Of a DNA stretch of 64,000 nucleotides, positions 1-10,438 are shown piece by piece. A model generated the notes under the pieces. It worked only from the letters and a program-made list of their open reading frames with translations, was not told the DNA's origin and made no database searches. The stretch's first letter is position 1, and every line of letters begins with the position of its first letter. A program made the translations under genes and the position numbers. Source of the DNA: an uncultured Granulosicoccaceae bacterium (GTDB taxonomy: Bacteria > Pseudomonadota > Gammaproteobacteria > CALCKW01); assembly GCA_937965695.1 (NCBI GenBank), contig CALCKW010000030.1, positions 8,951 through 72,950 on the forward strand, in the 5' to 3' direction.

Positions 1-2
1 GG

Positions 3-164
3 CGCTATTACAGCAAACTTATGCTTGAACAACGCCTATACGAGTCAGAGCATGAAATCGAGAGCAATTCTATTGAAGTTCATATCTCGAGCTTGCGTAA
101 GAAACTTGGCAAATCGATTATTAAGACAACTCGTGGCCTTGGCTACATCATAGAGAAACAGTAG
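3..164 (+). CDS. 3' end of an OmpR-family response regulator (QseB/PmrA-like), truncated by the window edge
   Basis: Frame 3 reads RYYSKLMLEQRLYESEHEIESNSIEVHISSLRKKLGKSIIKTTRGLGYIIEKQ*, the winged-helix tail (N-x-IEVHI-x-x-LRKKLG...RGLGY); stop lies 4 bp before the kinase ATG. Confidence 0.9.
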   Translation, partial: RYYSKLMLEQRLYESEHEIESNSIEVHISSLRKKLGKSIIKTTRGLGYIIEKQ

Positions 165-168
165 AGCC

Positions 169-1569
169 ATGCATATTCCTTCTCTTTGGCGTCGCAGTAT
201 CGCTTGGCGATTAAGTTTTTTTGTCTTACTACCAGTCCTTATTCTACTGGTACTTGCAGGTAGCCTCACCGCATACCGTTCTGAGCTTTCTGTCGATAAA
301 CTGTACGATCAACAAATGCAACAGAACGCTAGTATCTTGATAGCGTTCTTGGGCCATGAACAAAGAGAAGAATCATTTGACGAACATGAAGATGAGGACG
401 AAAATGAAGAGGAGGACTTAGGCGTCGAGATGGACTCAATCGTCGGGGGAATAGAAAAAGAACAACAGCGAGTGGTTGACTACCGAGTGTTTTTAGGCGA
501 AAGCGTATTGTTTTCTACCGACGCAGCTGCCAATCTTCCTAGATGTTCATCTGGCTTCAGCACATTCAAAACCATAGCTGAAAACGAGTGGCGATGTTAC
601 AAACGAGACCTTAAGGCAAGCACACCTGCGAACATTATTGAAGTCGAGTTTTTTGACAAATTGCAAAGACGCCGAGACTCAAATCACGCATTACTTTTTT
701 CCACCTTCGCACCCTTCCTTTTTCTCCCTTTGATAATTGTTTTTATTGTTCTCTGGGCTGTTCGCCGTGGTTTAACCCCCCTTAGAGCTGTGTCCGCACA
801 GATTGAAGAGCGCTCAGTAAGTAACTTACAAAGGTTGCCAACAGAAGATCTAGCTCGAGAACTGGCGCCCGTTGTACATTCGGTTAACGGCCTACTCGAA
901 AGCATTAACAACGGCATTGAAAGAGAGAAGCGTTTTAGTGATGATGCTGCGCACGAGTTGCGCACACCGCTTACGTCTATGAGCATGCTTGAACAACTTC
1001 TTCGAAGAGAGAACACTGACCCAAGACTGACTCAACATCTTGATGGCTTGCAAAAGAGTATTGAAAAAGGTCAGCGAATGGTTAATCAACTGTTGCTGTT
1101 TGCGCGTTTACAGAGCTCCCAGTCTCTAGTTTTCGAAACCTTACTACTAAACGATTTGGTAGAAGAACAATTGGGCAGTCTCTCATCGCAAATCACAGAA
1201 AAAGAACTATCTATTACACTCGACCTTGGAGAGCCTTTGTATATAAGTGCTAATCGAGATGCGATGGAACTGTTGTTGACCAACATAATTGGTAACGCGA
1301 TAAAGTTTGTTGGATACCGTGGCCATATAGACATTGGAAGAAGCGGCTCTCGCTTGCACATAGAAGACGACGGCCCTGGGGTACCAGATAGCGAAAAAGA
1401 GCGAATTTTTGATCGCTTTTACCGAAGTTCTAAAACCACGGATCGCAGAGGAAGTGGACTAGGCTTGTCATTGTCAAAATGGGCTGCAGACCGACACAAG
1501 TTCATCCTAAGCTGCGTACAAGCGAAGCAAGGAACAGGCGCTAGATTTGTTTTGGACACTAAACATTGA
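169..1569 (+). CDS. Sensor histidine kinase, QseC/PmrB-like (2 TM, HAMP, HisKA, HATPase)
   Basis: H-box AAHELRTPL, N-box NIIGNAIKF, G1 EDDGPGV, F-box IFDRFYR, G2 GSGLGLS; two hydrophobic segments. Confidence 0.92.
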   Translation: MHIPSLWRRSIAWRLSFFVLLPVLILLVLAGSLTAYRSELSVDKLYDQQMQQNASILIAFLGHEQREESFDEHEDEDENEEEDLGVEMDSIVGGIEKEQQRVVDYRVFLGESVLFSTDAAANLPRCSSGFSTFKTIAENEWRCYKRDLKASTPANIIEVEFFDKLQRRRDSNHALLFSTFAPFLFLPLIIVFIVLWAVRRGLTPLRAVSAQIEERSVSNLQRLPTEDLARELAPVVHSVNGLLESINNGIEREKRFSDDAAHELRTPLTSMSMLEQLLRRENTDPRLTQHLDGLQKSIEKGQRMVNQLLLFARLQSSQSLVFETLLLNDLVEEQLGSLSSQITEKELSITLDLGEPLYISANRDAMELLLTNIIGNAIKFVGYRGHIDIGRSGSRLHIEDDGPGVPDSEKERIFDRFYRSSKTTDRRGSGLGLSLSKWAADRHKFILSCVQAKQGTGARFVLDTKH

Positions 1570-1663
1570 TACATGGCTTAGTTTGATCTAATTGCTTCCA
1601 AGAATTGATAGACTTTAAACAAGTCAAATCAGAACAGCTAACCATAAAACAGGGAGTCACTCA

Positions 1664-2002
1664 GTGGCAAGACAGCTTAATAGGGATGAGCGTCGATTGG
1701 CAGAAACAGTGGAAGATTTCCATAGCTACCTGCAATCGCCTTGGCGGCTGATTTGGTTGAATTTTGTCGGTGGAATATTTCGAGGGCTAGGGACGGCGAT
1801 AGGCGCGACAGTTGTTTTCGCAATTTTACTGTGGATCTTGGCCTCGCTTGTCGATGTGCCTTTGATCGGCGACTACGTCATGACAGTGCAAGACGAGGTT
1901 AAGGGCTACGCAGAGGCAACACAATATAGTGATGACTTCGTGCGTTTGGAGAACGAGCTTCGCGCTATTCGAGAAGCCGTGGCTGGCGAAGCTAGCTACT
2001 AG
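1664..2002 (+). CDS. Small membrane protein, DUF5665-like
   Basis: GTG start after GGGAG; LNFVGGIFRGLGTAIGATVV...VPLIG pattern recalled for DUF5665. Confidence 0.65.
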   Translation: MARQLNRDERRLAETVEDFHSYLQSPWRLIWLNFVGGIFRGLGTAIGATVVFAILLWILASLVDVPLIGDYVMTVQDEVKGYAEATQYSDDFVRLENELRAIREAVAGEASY

Positions 2003-2020
2003 AAAGAAACCATCAGCTAT

Positions 2021-2052
2021 GTCACCTACGAATCATCCGTGATTCGCATGAC
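2021..2052. terminator. Hairpin between convergent genes
   Basis: CGAATCA-TCCG-TGATTCG stem with outer GTCA/TGAC; no strong U-tract. Confidence 0.4.
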
Positions 2053-2096
2053 GAGAGAGAGGAGCCGATATGTTTCATGCACTTGATACGCAAGTT

Positions 2097-3246
2097 CTAT
2101 CGATCAGAAAGAGTTTGCAAAAACGCTGTCAAATCCAGTACACCTTGTGCACTTAAATTCAGACTGCCTAAGTCACGCCCTCCTTCTACATTTTGTGGAA
2201 CTTCCGCAACTATTGAATCCACATCTCTACGGTTATAGAAGTTAACAACTTCTTCCAAAGTATCGAAAACACCGTTGTGCATATAAGGTCCAGTTTCGGA
2301 TACATTTCTCAACGTTGGCGTGCGAAATTTCCCGTTTTGATCAGCGTCATTTATTACAGCACCTAGTCCAAGGTCGACAAAGTTCTGGCCATCTGGATTC
2401 AGACTGAGATCAAGCGAGAGGAACGGATTATTGGGATTGGCGGGAATCCCGATATTTTTATATTGAAAGTCAGTGAATAGCTGCGAAGTCCCATCTGTAT
2501 TATGGCAGGTTTGGCATCGTGCCCTTCCGTTAAACAGGTTCTGACCACGTTGCTCAGAGACGCTATATACCTCCGTGTTAGCTTGCACCGCATCAAACTT
2601 AGAGCTAAACGGCGAAAACTCAGATGTGCGCTCGAATTCCGCAATTGCTTGGGCGATTTGTTCAAAAGCGGTATCGCTATCGCTGAACGCATCTTCCCCA
2701 AACACGGATCTAAAATCGCTAGCGTAGTCAGCCAACCTAACTTGATCTACAACCGCTGCACCATCTGCCATGTTCATTTCAAGAGGATTAATAAATGGTT
2801 GTAGGGCTTGTTGCTCTAACGTATCTGCTCGTCCATCCAAAAACTGCCCACCCAGAAATCCATTTCTAATCCCAGTAAATTCTGGGATGAATGCAGCATA
2901 ACTCGCAGTCGGGGTGTTGCGGTTGCCAAATCGCCCTGCGACGGCCCCTTCAGACACAGGAAAGTGCGCGTCGGCATCTGCAAACCCACTAGTCGAGAGA
3001 TGGCAGCTAGCACAAGACTGGCCAGGTGGGTTTGATAAACTTTGGTCCAAGTATAGTTTTTCACCCAATTGGGCCAAAGAGCTTTGAGTTATATCTACAA
3101 TAATGGATTGCGATTGGTTTGCCACGAGTTCAGTACTGGCACTATTGCTCTCACCATCACAAGCAAATAAAGATGCCGCAGAAAAAACAATTAGTAAGTG
3201 TTTTGACAGAAAATAACGTGAACGTTTTTTTAGTTATATTATTCAT
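2097..3246 (-). CDS. Di-heme cytochrome c peroxidase/MauG-family lipoprotein; N-terminal signal frameshifted (uninterrupted ORF 2097-3125)
   Basis: CASCH and CQTCH; RNTPT; QALQPFINPLEM; FRTPTLRNV; PYMHNGVF..VVNFYN. In-frame upstream lipobox LFA-C joins ATG 3246 only if one A of the A7 run (3225-3231) is removed. Confidence 0.85.
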
Positions 3247-3638
3247 ATTTTCATCAATAATTTCGTAACACATTGAATTCCAATTTTTTAAACTGCCAAT
3301 CATCTTGGATATCTAATTAAGCATCCTGCCAAATCAAAAAATCTTATTGCAATGACTTGAAGTCAATCGTCGCCATGCGCCGTCAGTCAAAAAACAGTAT
3401 CGGCGGAATTTTTAAGAGATTCAAATTTTTACCTAAACTGACAATTACTGCGAATTTGAATTATTCAATCTCAATAGCATGGGAATAGGCCACCAAAGCC
3501 GGAGCTGACAATACATAAACGCCGTTAAGAGGATTTGGTTGACACGCTAGCTGTATTTGCAGCAAAAACCTCAACACGGCGCAGTTTAGCGTCTGTCTGA
3601 ACATAAAAGAACGAGAATAGAGAGAAGATTTTGTTATG

Positions 3639-3671
3639 AAAATCGCTGACAAGGGATTTGCCCCTGCCAGC
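3639..3671 (-). terminator. Probable intrinsic terminator after efpL
   Basis: Minus strand GCTGGCAGGGG-CAAAT-CCCTTGTCAGC followed by GATTTT. Confidence 0.5.
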
Positions 3672-3720
3672 AACATATGAATACTGCGAATAACTTCAGA
3701 GAGAAGCCAAAGCTAAATAC

Positions 3721-4296
3721 TTATTTGGAATCAGCACGGCTGACGAATTTGCGCTCTTCGACGCTCACTTTCAGCTTTTCGCCCGTAGAGATGTATTCAG
3801 GGACTTGTACCACTAAGCCCGTGGTCAAAGTTGCGGGCTTTGTTCTTGCCGTTGCTGAACCACCCTTTATTGAGGGGTCCGTTTCCATCACTTCTAGATC
3901 GACGTTACTTGGCATATCGAGCGCAACAGGTACATCGTCTACGATCACAACTTGAATACCGGCAGTGTCCTCGGTGATAAAGAGAATTTCGTCAGCAATA
4001 GAGTCTTTGTTCAGGTTGTATGGCGTGTAGTCTTCCGAATCCATGAACACGTATTCGTCACCGTCAATGTAGGAGAACGTCGCAGGCTTGCGGATCAAGT
4101 CAGCCAAGTTAAGCATGTCAGAGTCTTTGAAGGTTTCATCTATTTTGCCACCTGTCACGACGTCATACATGCGCATTCGATACAGGCTGCCACCAGAGCG
4201 ACCCTGCGGCACTGAGCGCTCGATATCCCTGACGATGTAGGTCTTGCCGTTATATTCAACAGCAGCGTTCTTCTTGATGTCACTTGCCTTCGGCAT
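3721..4296 (-). CDS. efpL: Elongation factor P-like protein EfpL/YeiP
   Basis: MPKASDIKK start, Arg-tipped loop PQGRSGG, C-terminal [17 protein letters not shown]. Confidence 0.88.
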   Translation of the reverse strand: MPKASDIKKNAAVEYNGKTYIVRDIERSVPQGRSGGSLYRMRMYDVVTGGKIDETFKDSDMLNLADLIRKPATFSYIDGDEYVFMDSEDYTPYNLNKDSIADEILFITEDTAGIQVVIVDDVPVALDMPSNVDLEVMETDPSIKGGSATARTKPATLTTGLVVQVPEYISTGEKLKVSVEERKFVSRADSK

Positions 4297-4554
4297 AACT
4301 TTAAGTCCTCGGGATAAAACGACGTATTCTAGCTGATCTGTCCTCCCGAACCACTCAATTATTTGGGCCTGAGAATATTTGGCTCAACCTCAATCGTTAG
4401 TGCTGTGTACCTCCTTGGCACCGCACAAGTGATGCTTTGCCCCTAGCTTAGAGCCTAAGAAGCAAGGGCAACAGCCCTTACACCAGCAAACACTGGACGT
4501 TAGCACTTTTTACAGCCAACCACTGCAAACTGGAAAAAACGCTGTCCGTCATGC

Positions 4555-4586
4555 AAAAACGGCGGACCAAAAGGCCCGCCGTTTTT
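4555..4586 (-). terminator. Intrinsic terminator after sucD
   Basis: AAAAACGGCGGACC-AAAA-GGCCCGCCGTTTTT, GC stem flanked by A/T tracts. Confidence 0.8.
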
Positions 4587-4609
4587 GTCTAGTGCCTGAA
4601 GGCTAAGAA

Positions 4610-5512
4610 CTAGCCATTCAGTACTTTCAGCAAAGTCTCGCCCAGTTTGGCTGGGCTTGGTGATACTGCGATACCGGCCGCTTCCATGGCCGCTATTTTA
4701 TCGTCGGCGCCACCTTTGCCACCGGAGATGACAGCACCCGCATGACCCATCGTACGCCCAGGAGGCGCGGTACGACCGGCAATAAAACCAGCGATCGGCT
4801 TACTGCGACCTTTTTTGGCCTCATCGGCGATGAACTGAGCGGCTTCCTCTTCTGCAGAACCACCTATTTCACCAATCATGATGATAGATTTGGTTTCATC
4901 GTCAGCCAAGAACATTTCCAGCATATCGATAAATTCGGTGCCTTTCACAGGGTCACCACCAATACCAACCGCCGTGGTTTGACCCAAGCCCGCGTTAGTG
5001 GTCTGAAAGACGGCTTCGTATGTTAAAGTGCCGGAGCGCGAGACGACACCAACAGAACCCTTACTGAAAATGCTGCCTGGCATGATGCCGATTTTGCATT
5101 GCTCTGGTGTCAATACACCGGGGCAATTAGGACCAATCAAGCGCGAGTTAGACTTCGCTAAACGCGCTTTAACCCTCACCATGTCTGAAACCGGAACGCC
5201 TTCTGTAATGCATGTGATCAGAGGAATTTCAGCGTCGATGGCCTCGATAATGGCCGCAGCTGCTCCAGCAGGTGGCACGTAAATAACGGATGAATTAGCA
5301 CCAGTGACTTCTTTACCCTCTGCAACGCTTGCGAAAATGGGTAGCTCTTGGCCACCCGCTGAAGTCCACTTGCTGCCGCCTTTCTTCGGATGAATACCAC
5401 CGACCATTTGTGTGCCGTGATAAGCAAGCGCTTGCTCGGTGTGAAATGTGCCGGTCTTGCCGGTCATTCCCTGGACCAAGACTTTGGTATTTTTATCGAC
5501 CAAGATGGACAT
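4610..5512 (-). CDS. sucD: Succinate--CoA ligase alpha subunit
   Basis: [26 protein letters not shown], phospho-His motif MGHAGA. Confidence 0.97.
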   Translation of the reverse strand: MSILVDKNTKVLVQGMTGKTGTFHTEQALAYHGTQMVGGIHPKKGGSKWTSAGGQELPIFASVAEGKEVTGANSSVIYVPPAGAAAAIIEAIDAEIPLITCITEGVPVSDMVRVKARLAKSNSRLIGPNCPGVLTPEQCKIGIMPGSIFSKGSVGVVSRSGTLTYEAVFQTTNAGLGQTTAVGIGGDPVKGTEFIDMLEMFLADDETKSIIMIGEIGGSAEEEAAQFIADEAKKGRSKPIAGFIAGRTAPPGRTMGHAGAVISGGKGGADDKIAAMEAAGIAVSPSPAKLGETLLKVLNG

Positions 5513-6711
5513 TAGGCACCTCCCTTGATGGCAGAAACAATTTTCTGGGCGGCGTCGTCCAGATCATCCGCAGCGACAACATCAACATCACTGTTATCAA
5601 TGATAGCTTTGCCTTCCGCCACTTTAGTGCCTTCTAGGCGCACAACCAACGGCACTTGCAGACCCACGTCTTTAACGGCTTGCACAACACCTTCAGCGAT
5701 CACGTCGCAGCGCATAATGCCGCCGAAGATATTAACTAGAATACCTTTGACGTTTGGATCAGCGGTGATGATTTTAAAAGCAGCTGTTACTTTCTCAGTA
5801 GTGGCACCGCCACCTACGTCGAGGAAGTTGGCCGGCTCTTCACCGTAGAGTTTGATGATATCCATTGTGGCCATTGCCAGGCCAGCGCCGTTAACCATAC
5901 AACCAATATTGCCGTCGAGTGCGACATATGCCAAGTCGTGCTTAGAGGCTTCAATTTCTTTAGCGTCTTCTTCGGTCGTATCGCGAAGCGCCATCACATC
6001 ATCGTGACGAAATAAAGCGTTGCCGTCGAAAGACATTTTGGCGTCCAGCACCCGCAACGAACCGTTTTTCATCACGATCAAGGGGTTAACTTCTAATAGG
6101 CTCATGTCTTTTTCAACAAAGGCCTTGTAGAGCAAGCTAAAAAGCGCTGGACCTTCGTCAGCAGCGGTATCGGTCAACTCAAAAGCGGCAACCAGTTTTG
6201 CAGCGGTATCGGCATCAACACCCGTTTCTACGTCTACATCGATGGTATGAATTTTGTCAGGTGTATCTTCAGCAACAGCCTCGATATCCATGCCACCTTC
6301 GGTAGAGGCGACAAAAGATACTTTACCCGTCTCACGGTTAACCAAGATCGACAAGTACAGCTCCGACTCTATGTCAGCGCCATCTTCTAAGTAGAGACGA
6401 TTGACTTGCTTGCCAGCAGGACCCGTCTGCTTGGTCACCAAGGTGTTACCAAACATTTCTTCTATATGAGAGCGTGCTTCATCGGCACTGAACGCTAAAC
6501 GCACTCCGCCTGCAGCATCTGCTGGCAGCTCTTTAAATTTTCCTTTACCGCGTCCGCCAGCGTGAATCTGGCTTTTGACCACATATACAGGCCCGGGTAG
6601 TGCTGCTATGGCAGCTTCAACATCGTCCTTGCTCAGGATAGGCTCACCGGCGGCCACGGGGGCCCCGAACTGCTTCAGCAGTTGCTTTGCCTGGTACTCA
6701 TGTATGTTCAT
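5512..6711 (-). CDS. sucC: Succinate--CoA ligase beta subunit
   Basis: [54 protein letters not shown]; 1-bp overlap with sucD. Confidence 0.97.
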   Translation of the reverse strand: MNIHEYQAKQLLKQFGAPVAAGEPILSKDDVEAAIAALPGPVYVVKSQIHAGGRGKGKFKELPADAAGGVRLAFSADEARSHIEEMFGNTLVTKQTGPAGKQVNRLYLEDGADIESELYLSILVNRETGKVSFVASTEGGMDIEAVAEDTPDKIHTIDVDVETGVDADTAAKLVAAFELTDTAADEGPALFSLLYKAFVEKDMSLLEVNPLIVMKNGSLRVLDAKMSFDGNALFRHDDVMALRDTTEEDAKEIEASKHDLAYVALDGNIGCMVNGAGLAMATMDIIKLYGEEPANFLDVGGGATTEKVTAAFKIITADPNVKGILVNIFGGIMRCDVIAEGVVQAVKDVGLQVPLVVRLEGTKVAEGKAIIDNSDVDVVAADDLDDAAQKIVSAIKGGA

Positions 6712-7240
6712 GAAGTAGCTCTCGCTCTGGGTTTACAGAATGTGCCGTTGAAGTCACACACCGACAGAAATTAACTAAAGACAATCCACAACTTTAAAGT
6801 GTTAAATGATCATCGACGATAAGGTTGCTTACTTGTACTACGTAGAAAATATCCTGCGGGTCGGCTGTCTCCAAACGACTAGATCGGATAGTGTTCAATC
6901 CCCCCATTGTGACAAAAAACACTGAGGAATTGGACTTAAAGGCACAACGTAAGTATACAAATCAGAGATTTGCGCAGTAAATTGCTACATGCCACTGCAG
7001 AGCATCGGCAGATTGCACTATAACGTTTGGAAAGACGGTGATTTTTTGCTTTAAGATGTTCCATCTCTGGACGATAGAGCGCCATTTCCGCGACTAAAAA
7101 GTGTTAAAACACTATTTTTTGGATCCAAAACTCTTTATTCACTAGGCTCGAGAGATTTGAATCTCGCCTGTGCAAATGTTTGCCTTCATTGTTCGACTAG
7201 AGTGGCCCCCATTCCTAGAGTGGAAATGGGAACCCCAAGA

Positions 7241-7936
7241 TCACGCTTGTTGCTGATCCAATTGCTGATGGATTTCCGCCACCAGTGTAGCGTCTAGCCC
7301 AAGCGCCTTAGCCAGCTGTAGTAAATAAGCTTCTTCCATGGGGTTGTCTAGATCCAAAGCCATCAGCGAGAACAGATAGATTTCAGCACCCTCTTCAATG
7401 CTTTGCACGCCTACCGCCATATCTTGAGGATTCAATGGCTTGCCCAACTCTTCTTGAATAAAATCCGCTGCAGAGGCGTCCAACCCCAGACGCACAATCT
7501 GTTCGTTGATACGGCTGCGCTCAGCCGTGTCAATATGGCCGTCGGCACGAGCAGCAGCAACCATAGCGCGCAGAAGACGCATACCGCGCTCATCTGCATT
7601 GGTGCCTGAATCTCGATTGACCGGTACCACAGCGACTTCTTCTACTTGAGCATTAGTCTCTTGGTAGTTTTGATAAGCCTTATAAGCGACACCACCTAAA
7701 GCAGCAAGACTGCCCAGCTTGACGGCATTACCACCGAGTTTTCGTCCGGTTTTAGTGCCTAACAGCAGAGCCAAAACACCTGCTGCCGCGGCGCCTTTAC
7801 CCATGTTTGAAAGCATCGCATCACGCTCTTGCCCTTCAGCAGGCAAATCAAATTTCTGCTCGGCATAGTCCCGGCCGCGTACGCTCAGATCGCGTCCTGC
7901 ACCGAGTAATTCTTCAACAATTCTTTTTGCATCCAT
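7241..7936 (-). CDS. DUF533 / YebE (TerB-like) family protein
   Basis: LLLGTKTGRKLGG, LGGVAYKAYQ, LLRAMVAAARADGHID..ER. Confidence 0.82.
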   Translation of the reverse strand: MDAKRIVEELLGAGRDLSVRGRDYAEQKFDLPAEGQERDAMLSNMGKGAAAAGVLALLLGTKTGRKLGGNAVKLGSLAALGGVAYKAYQNYQETNAQVEEVAVVPVNRDSGTNADERGMRLLRAMVAAARADGHIDTAERSRINEQIVRLGLDASAADFIQEELGKPLNPQDMAVGVQSIEEGAEIYLFSLMALDLDNPMEEAYLLQLAKALGLDATLVAEIHQQLDQQQA

Positions 7937-8026
7937 CGCCTTAGTCTCTCTATACGTTTTAAGCTATTGTGCAGCATAACGTCTGTAGTGCGCCATCTGC
8001 GCAAACAATTCCGCTTTATTGGCTGC

Positions 8027-8716
8027 TTATACCCCGAGGTATTGATCGCTTAGCTCAGATGAAAGTTCCGAAAAAGCGCCTGACCATACTGTGGAACCAC
8101 GCTGCACGATGGTGGCTTCGTCAGCAACAGTTGCAAGCTCTTTGAGTGATTTATCAACCACTAATATTGCTAAGCCTGTCTCACGTTTTAAGGCCGCGAT
8201 GGCAGCCCAGATTTCTCGTCTCACTAGCGGTGCTAAACCTTCAGTTGCCTCATCTAACACCAACAACTCAGGGTTTGTCATCAATGCGCGCGCAATCGCT
8301 AACATTTGCTGCTCGCCCCCAGACAGTGTTGCCGCAGATTGATGTCGGCGCTCTTCTAATCGCGGAAATAATTGACACACCTTATAAAAGTCCCAGTGCC
8401 CTGGTCTAGCAGCGGCCAGTAGATTTTCGTCAATGCTAAGGTTTGTGAAACAACGCCGACCCTCTGGCACCAAACCTACACCAAGTCTTGCTACTTGGTG
8501 AGAGGCTAACGCTTCTAAACTGCGTCCTTTAAAAAACAATTCACCACCGCCAACGGGCAGCATACGGCAAATTGTTTTTATCGCCGTTGTTTTGCCCATA
8601 CCGTTTCGGCCAAGCAATGCCATCACTGACCCTTCTTGAATTTGCAGATTAAAATCAAATAAAACTTGGCTCGCACCGTAAAAAACACAGAGCTTCTTAG
8701 CCAACAGCATGCTCAC
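8027..8716 (-). CDS. Liv-type ABC transporter ATPase (LivF-like)
   Basis: GRNGMGKTT, VPEGRRCF, LSGGEQQML, LDEATEGLAP. Confidence 0.92.
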   Translation of the reverse strand: MSMLLAKKLCVFYGASQVLFDFNLQIQEGSVMALLGRNGMGKTTAIKTICRMLPVGGGELFFKGRSLEALASHQVARLGVGLVPEGRRCFTNLSIDENLLAAARPGHWDFYKVCQLFPRLEERRHQSAATLSGGEQQMLAIARALMTNPELLVLDEATEGLAPLVRREIWAAIAALKRETGLAILVVDKSLKELATVADEATIVQRGSTVWSGAFSELSSELSDQYLGV

Positions 8717-9462
8717 TGCTCTTCTCCCAAATAGGCACGCTGTACTTCTAGATTCCCTCTGATCTCATCGACGGAGCCGGTGGCAATCACCTCGCCGTAG
8801 ACGAGCACACTGATTCGGTCTGCTAGAGCAAAAACGGCATCCATATCATGCTCGACCAGCAAGATGGGAGCTTCTTCCCGAAGCTTATCTAGAAGGCTAG
8901 TTAATTGCCGAGAGCCACTGCCTCCGAGACCTGCCATGGGTTCATCCATGACAAAAGCCTTTGGTTGCAGTGTCAGTGCCACAGCTACCTCCAATTGCCT
9001 TCGCTGACCGTGAGACAGTTCTGCGGTACAAACAGCGGCTTGCTGATCCAACCCGACCCGTGCCAAAGCATCATTTGCACGATCTAACAGTTCTTTGTCA
9101 TGCAGCACTGGACCGAAAAATCTAAATACGTTTCCTCGACTACCTAAAGCACCGAGCATCACGTTTTGTAGCACGGTGTCTTCCATGGCAAGAGAGGATA
9201 TTTGAAAAGTACGCGCAAGCCCTAAGTGGGCTCGTTTTGCAGCACTCAAGCCAGAGATATTTTTATTGCCGAAGTAAACGCTGCCAGAATCAGCTCGCAA
9301 TTCGCCAGATATTTGCTTTATGAGTGTCGACTTTCCTGCGCCATTGGGGCCAATGAGAGCGTGGATTTCGCCCGGGTAAAGCTCTAATGAAATATTGTAA
9401 CTGGCTCGCAGTCCAGCGAAGCTTTTACAAACATCTTTGACTTGGAGAATCGCTTTATCCAC
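8713..9462 (-). CDS. Liv-type ABC transporter ATPase (LivG-like)
   Basis: GPNGAGKST, ARTFQ, LSHGQRRQLE, MDEPMAG, VEHDM, AYLG. Confidence 0.92.
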   Translation of the reverse strand: MDKAILQVKDVCKSFAGLRASYNISLELYPGEIHALIGPNGAGKSTLIKQISGELRADSGSVYFGNKNISGLSAAKRAHLGLARTFQISSLAMEDTVLQNVMLGALGSRGNVFRFFGPVLHDKELLDRANDALARVGLDQQAAVCTAELSHGQRRQLEVAVALTLQPKAFVMDEPMAGLGGSGSRQLTSLLDKLREEAPILLVEHDMDAVFALADRISVLVYGEVIATGSVDEIRGNLEVQRAYLGEEQ

Positions 9463-10438
9463 GTTTCAGCCCACTTTCAGCTAATGTACCGACAATCCCA
9501 CCACGCGCAAACAAAACAACACCCAGCAAAATTAGCCCCAGATAAATATGCCAGAACTCGCTAAGGCCACCCAGCTGGTGCTCTAAAAAGACGAACAGAG
9601 CCGCACCCGCAACAGGCCCAAACAAACGACCGACACCACCTAAGATAACAAATATCATTATCTCGCCACTTGTCTGCCAACTGAACATTGTTGGGCTAAC
9701 AAAGCGATTGAGGTCTGCAAACAGCGCACCGGCTAAACCCGTGATTGCAGCGGATATAACAATGGCAAAAAGCTGAACTTTAAAAGGTCTGATGCCCACT
9801 GCTTGAACCCTACCGGGTGATTGCCGAGCCGCATTGAGTGTTAGGCCAAATGAAGAATTTGCAAGCCTTGAGAAAAACCACAACGCAATTCCCAATAACG
9901 CGTAGGTCAGCACCATATATTGCACAGGGTCCAAGGTATTTAGTCCAGGGAAGCCGTTACGCACGTAGATCGAAAGGCCGTCTTCACCGCCGTACGCAGG
10001 CCAACTTATCGCGAAGTAGTAAAACATTTGACCAAAGGCTAGGGTAATCATAATAAAATAGACCCCCGATGTGCGTAGACTCAACGCCCCGATTAAAAAA
10101 GCCACTAAGGCAGATACCGCCGTGGCAATTAGCCAAATGATCGGCATCGATTTTGTGCCTTCGATAAGAAAAGGCGATTCCATCAGCGGGGAGTATGTCT
10201 GGGCGTGGCTGGCAAGAATTCCCATCGTATATCCGCCCAAGCCGAAAAAGACGGCGTGACCAAAACTCACCAACCCACCTAATCCTAGAGCGATATTCAA
10301 CCCCACACCAGCAAGAGCCAATATTGCCATTCTCGTACATAGTGTCAGTGTAAAGGGCTCATCTTTGATCCATGCCCAAAGCGGCACTGTCAATAAAACG
10401 ATGACTAATGCAATATTAATCTGGCGCTCACGGCTCAT
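9455..10438 (-). CDS. Liv-type ABC permease (LivM-like)
   Basis: GLVSFGHAVFFGLGGY, GVYFIMITLAF, GGEDG, VILGGVG. Confidence 0.92.
   Translation of the reverse strand: MSRERQINIALVIVLLTVPLWAWIKDEPFTLTLCTRMAILALAGVGLNIALGLGGLVSFGHAVFFGLGGYTMGILASHAQTYSPLMESPFLIEGTKSMPIIWLIATAVSALVAFLIGALSLRTSGVYFIMITLAFGQMFYYFAISWPAYGGEDGLSIYVRNGFPGLNTLDPVQYMVLTYALLGIALWFFSRLANSSFGLTLNAARQSPGRVQAVGIRPFKVQLFAIVISAAITGLAGALFADLNRFVSPTMFSWQTSGEIMIFVILGGVGRLFGPVAGAALFVFLEHQLGGLSEFWHIYLGLILLGVVLFARGGIVGTLAESGLKRG

Noticed and set aside
3351-3367. Palindrome ATGACTTGAAGTCAAT upstream of the MauG-like gene as an FNR box
   Set aside because: Does not fit TTGAT-N4-ATCAA; no regulator can be assigned
3721-4296. Arg-tipped EF-P suggesting EarP rhamnosylation
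   Set aside because: Sequence fits the EfpL/YeiP paralogue, which normally has Arg here; no earP adjacent
7198-7230. TAGAGTGG duplication and CCCATTCC/GGAAATGGG hairpin as a repeat or CRISPR remnant
   Set aside because: Only two 8-bp copies; best read as a weak terminator after the DUF533 gene
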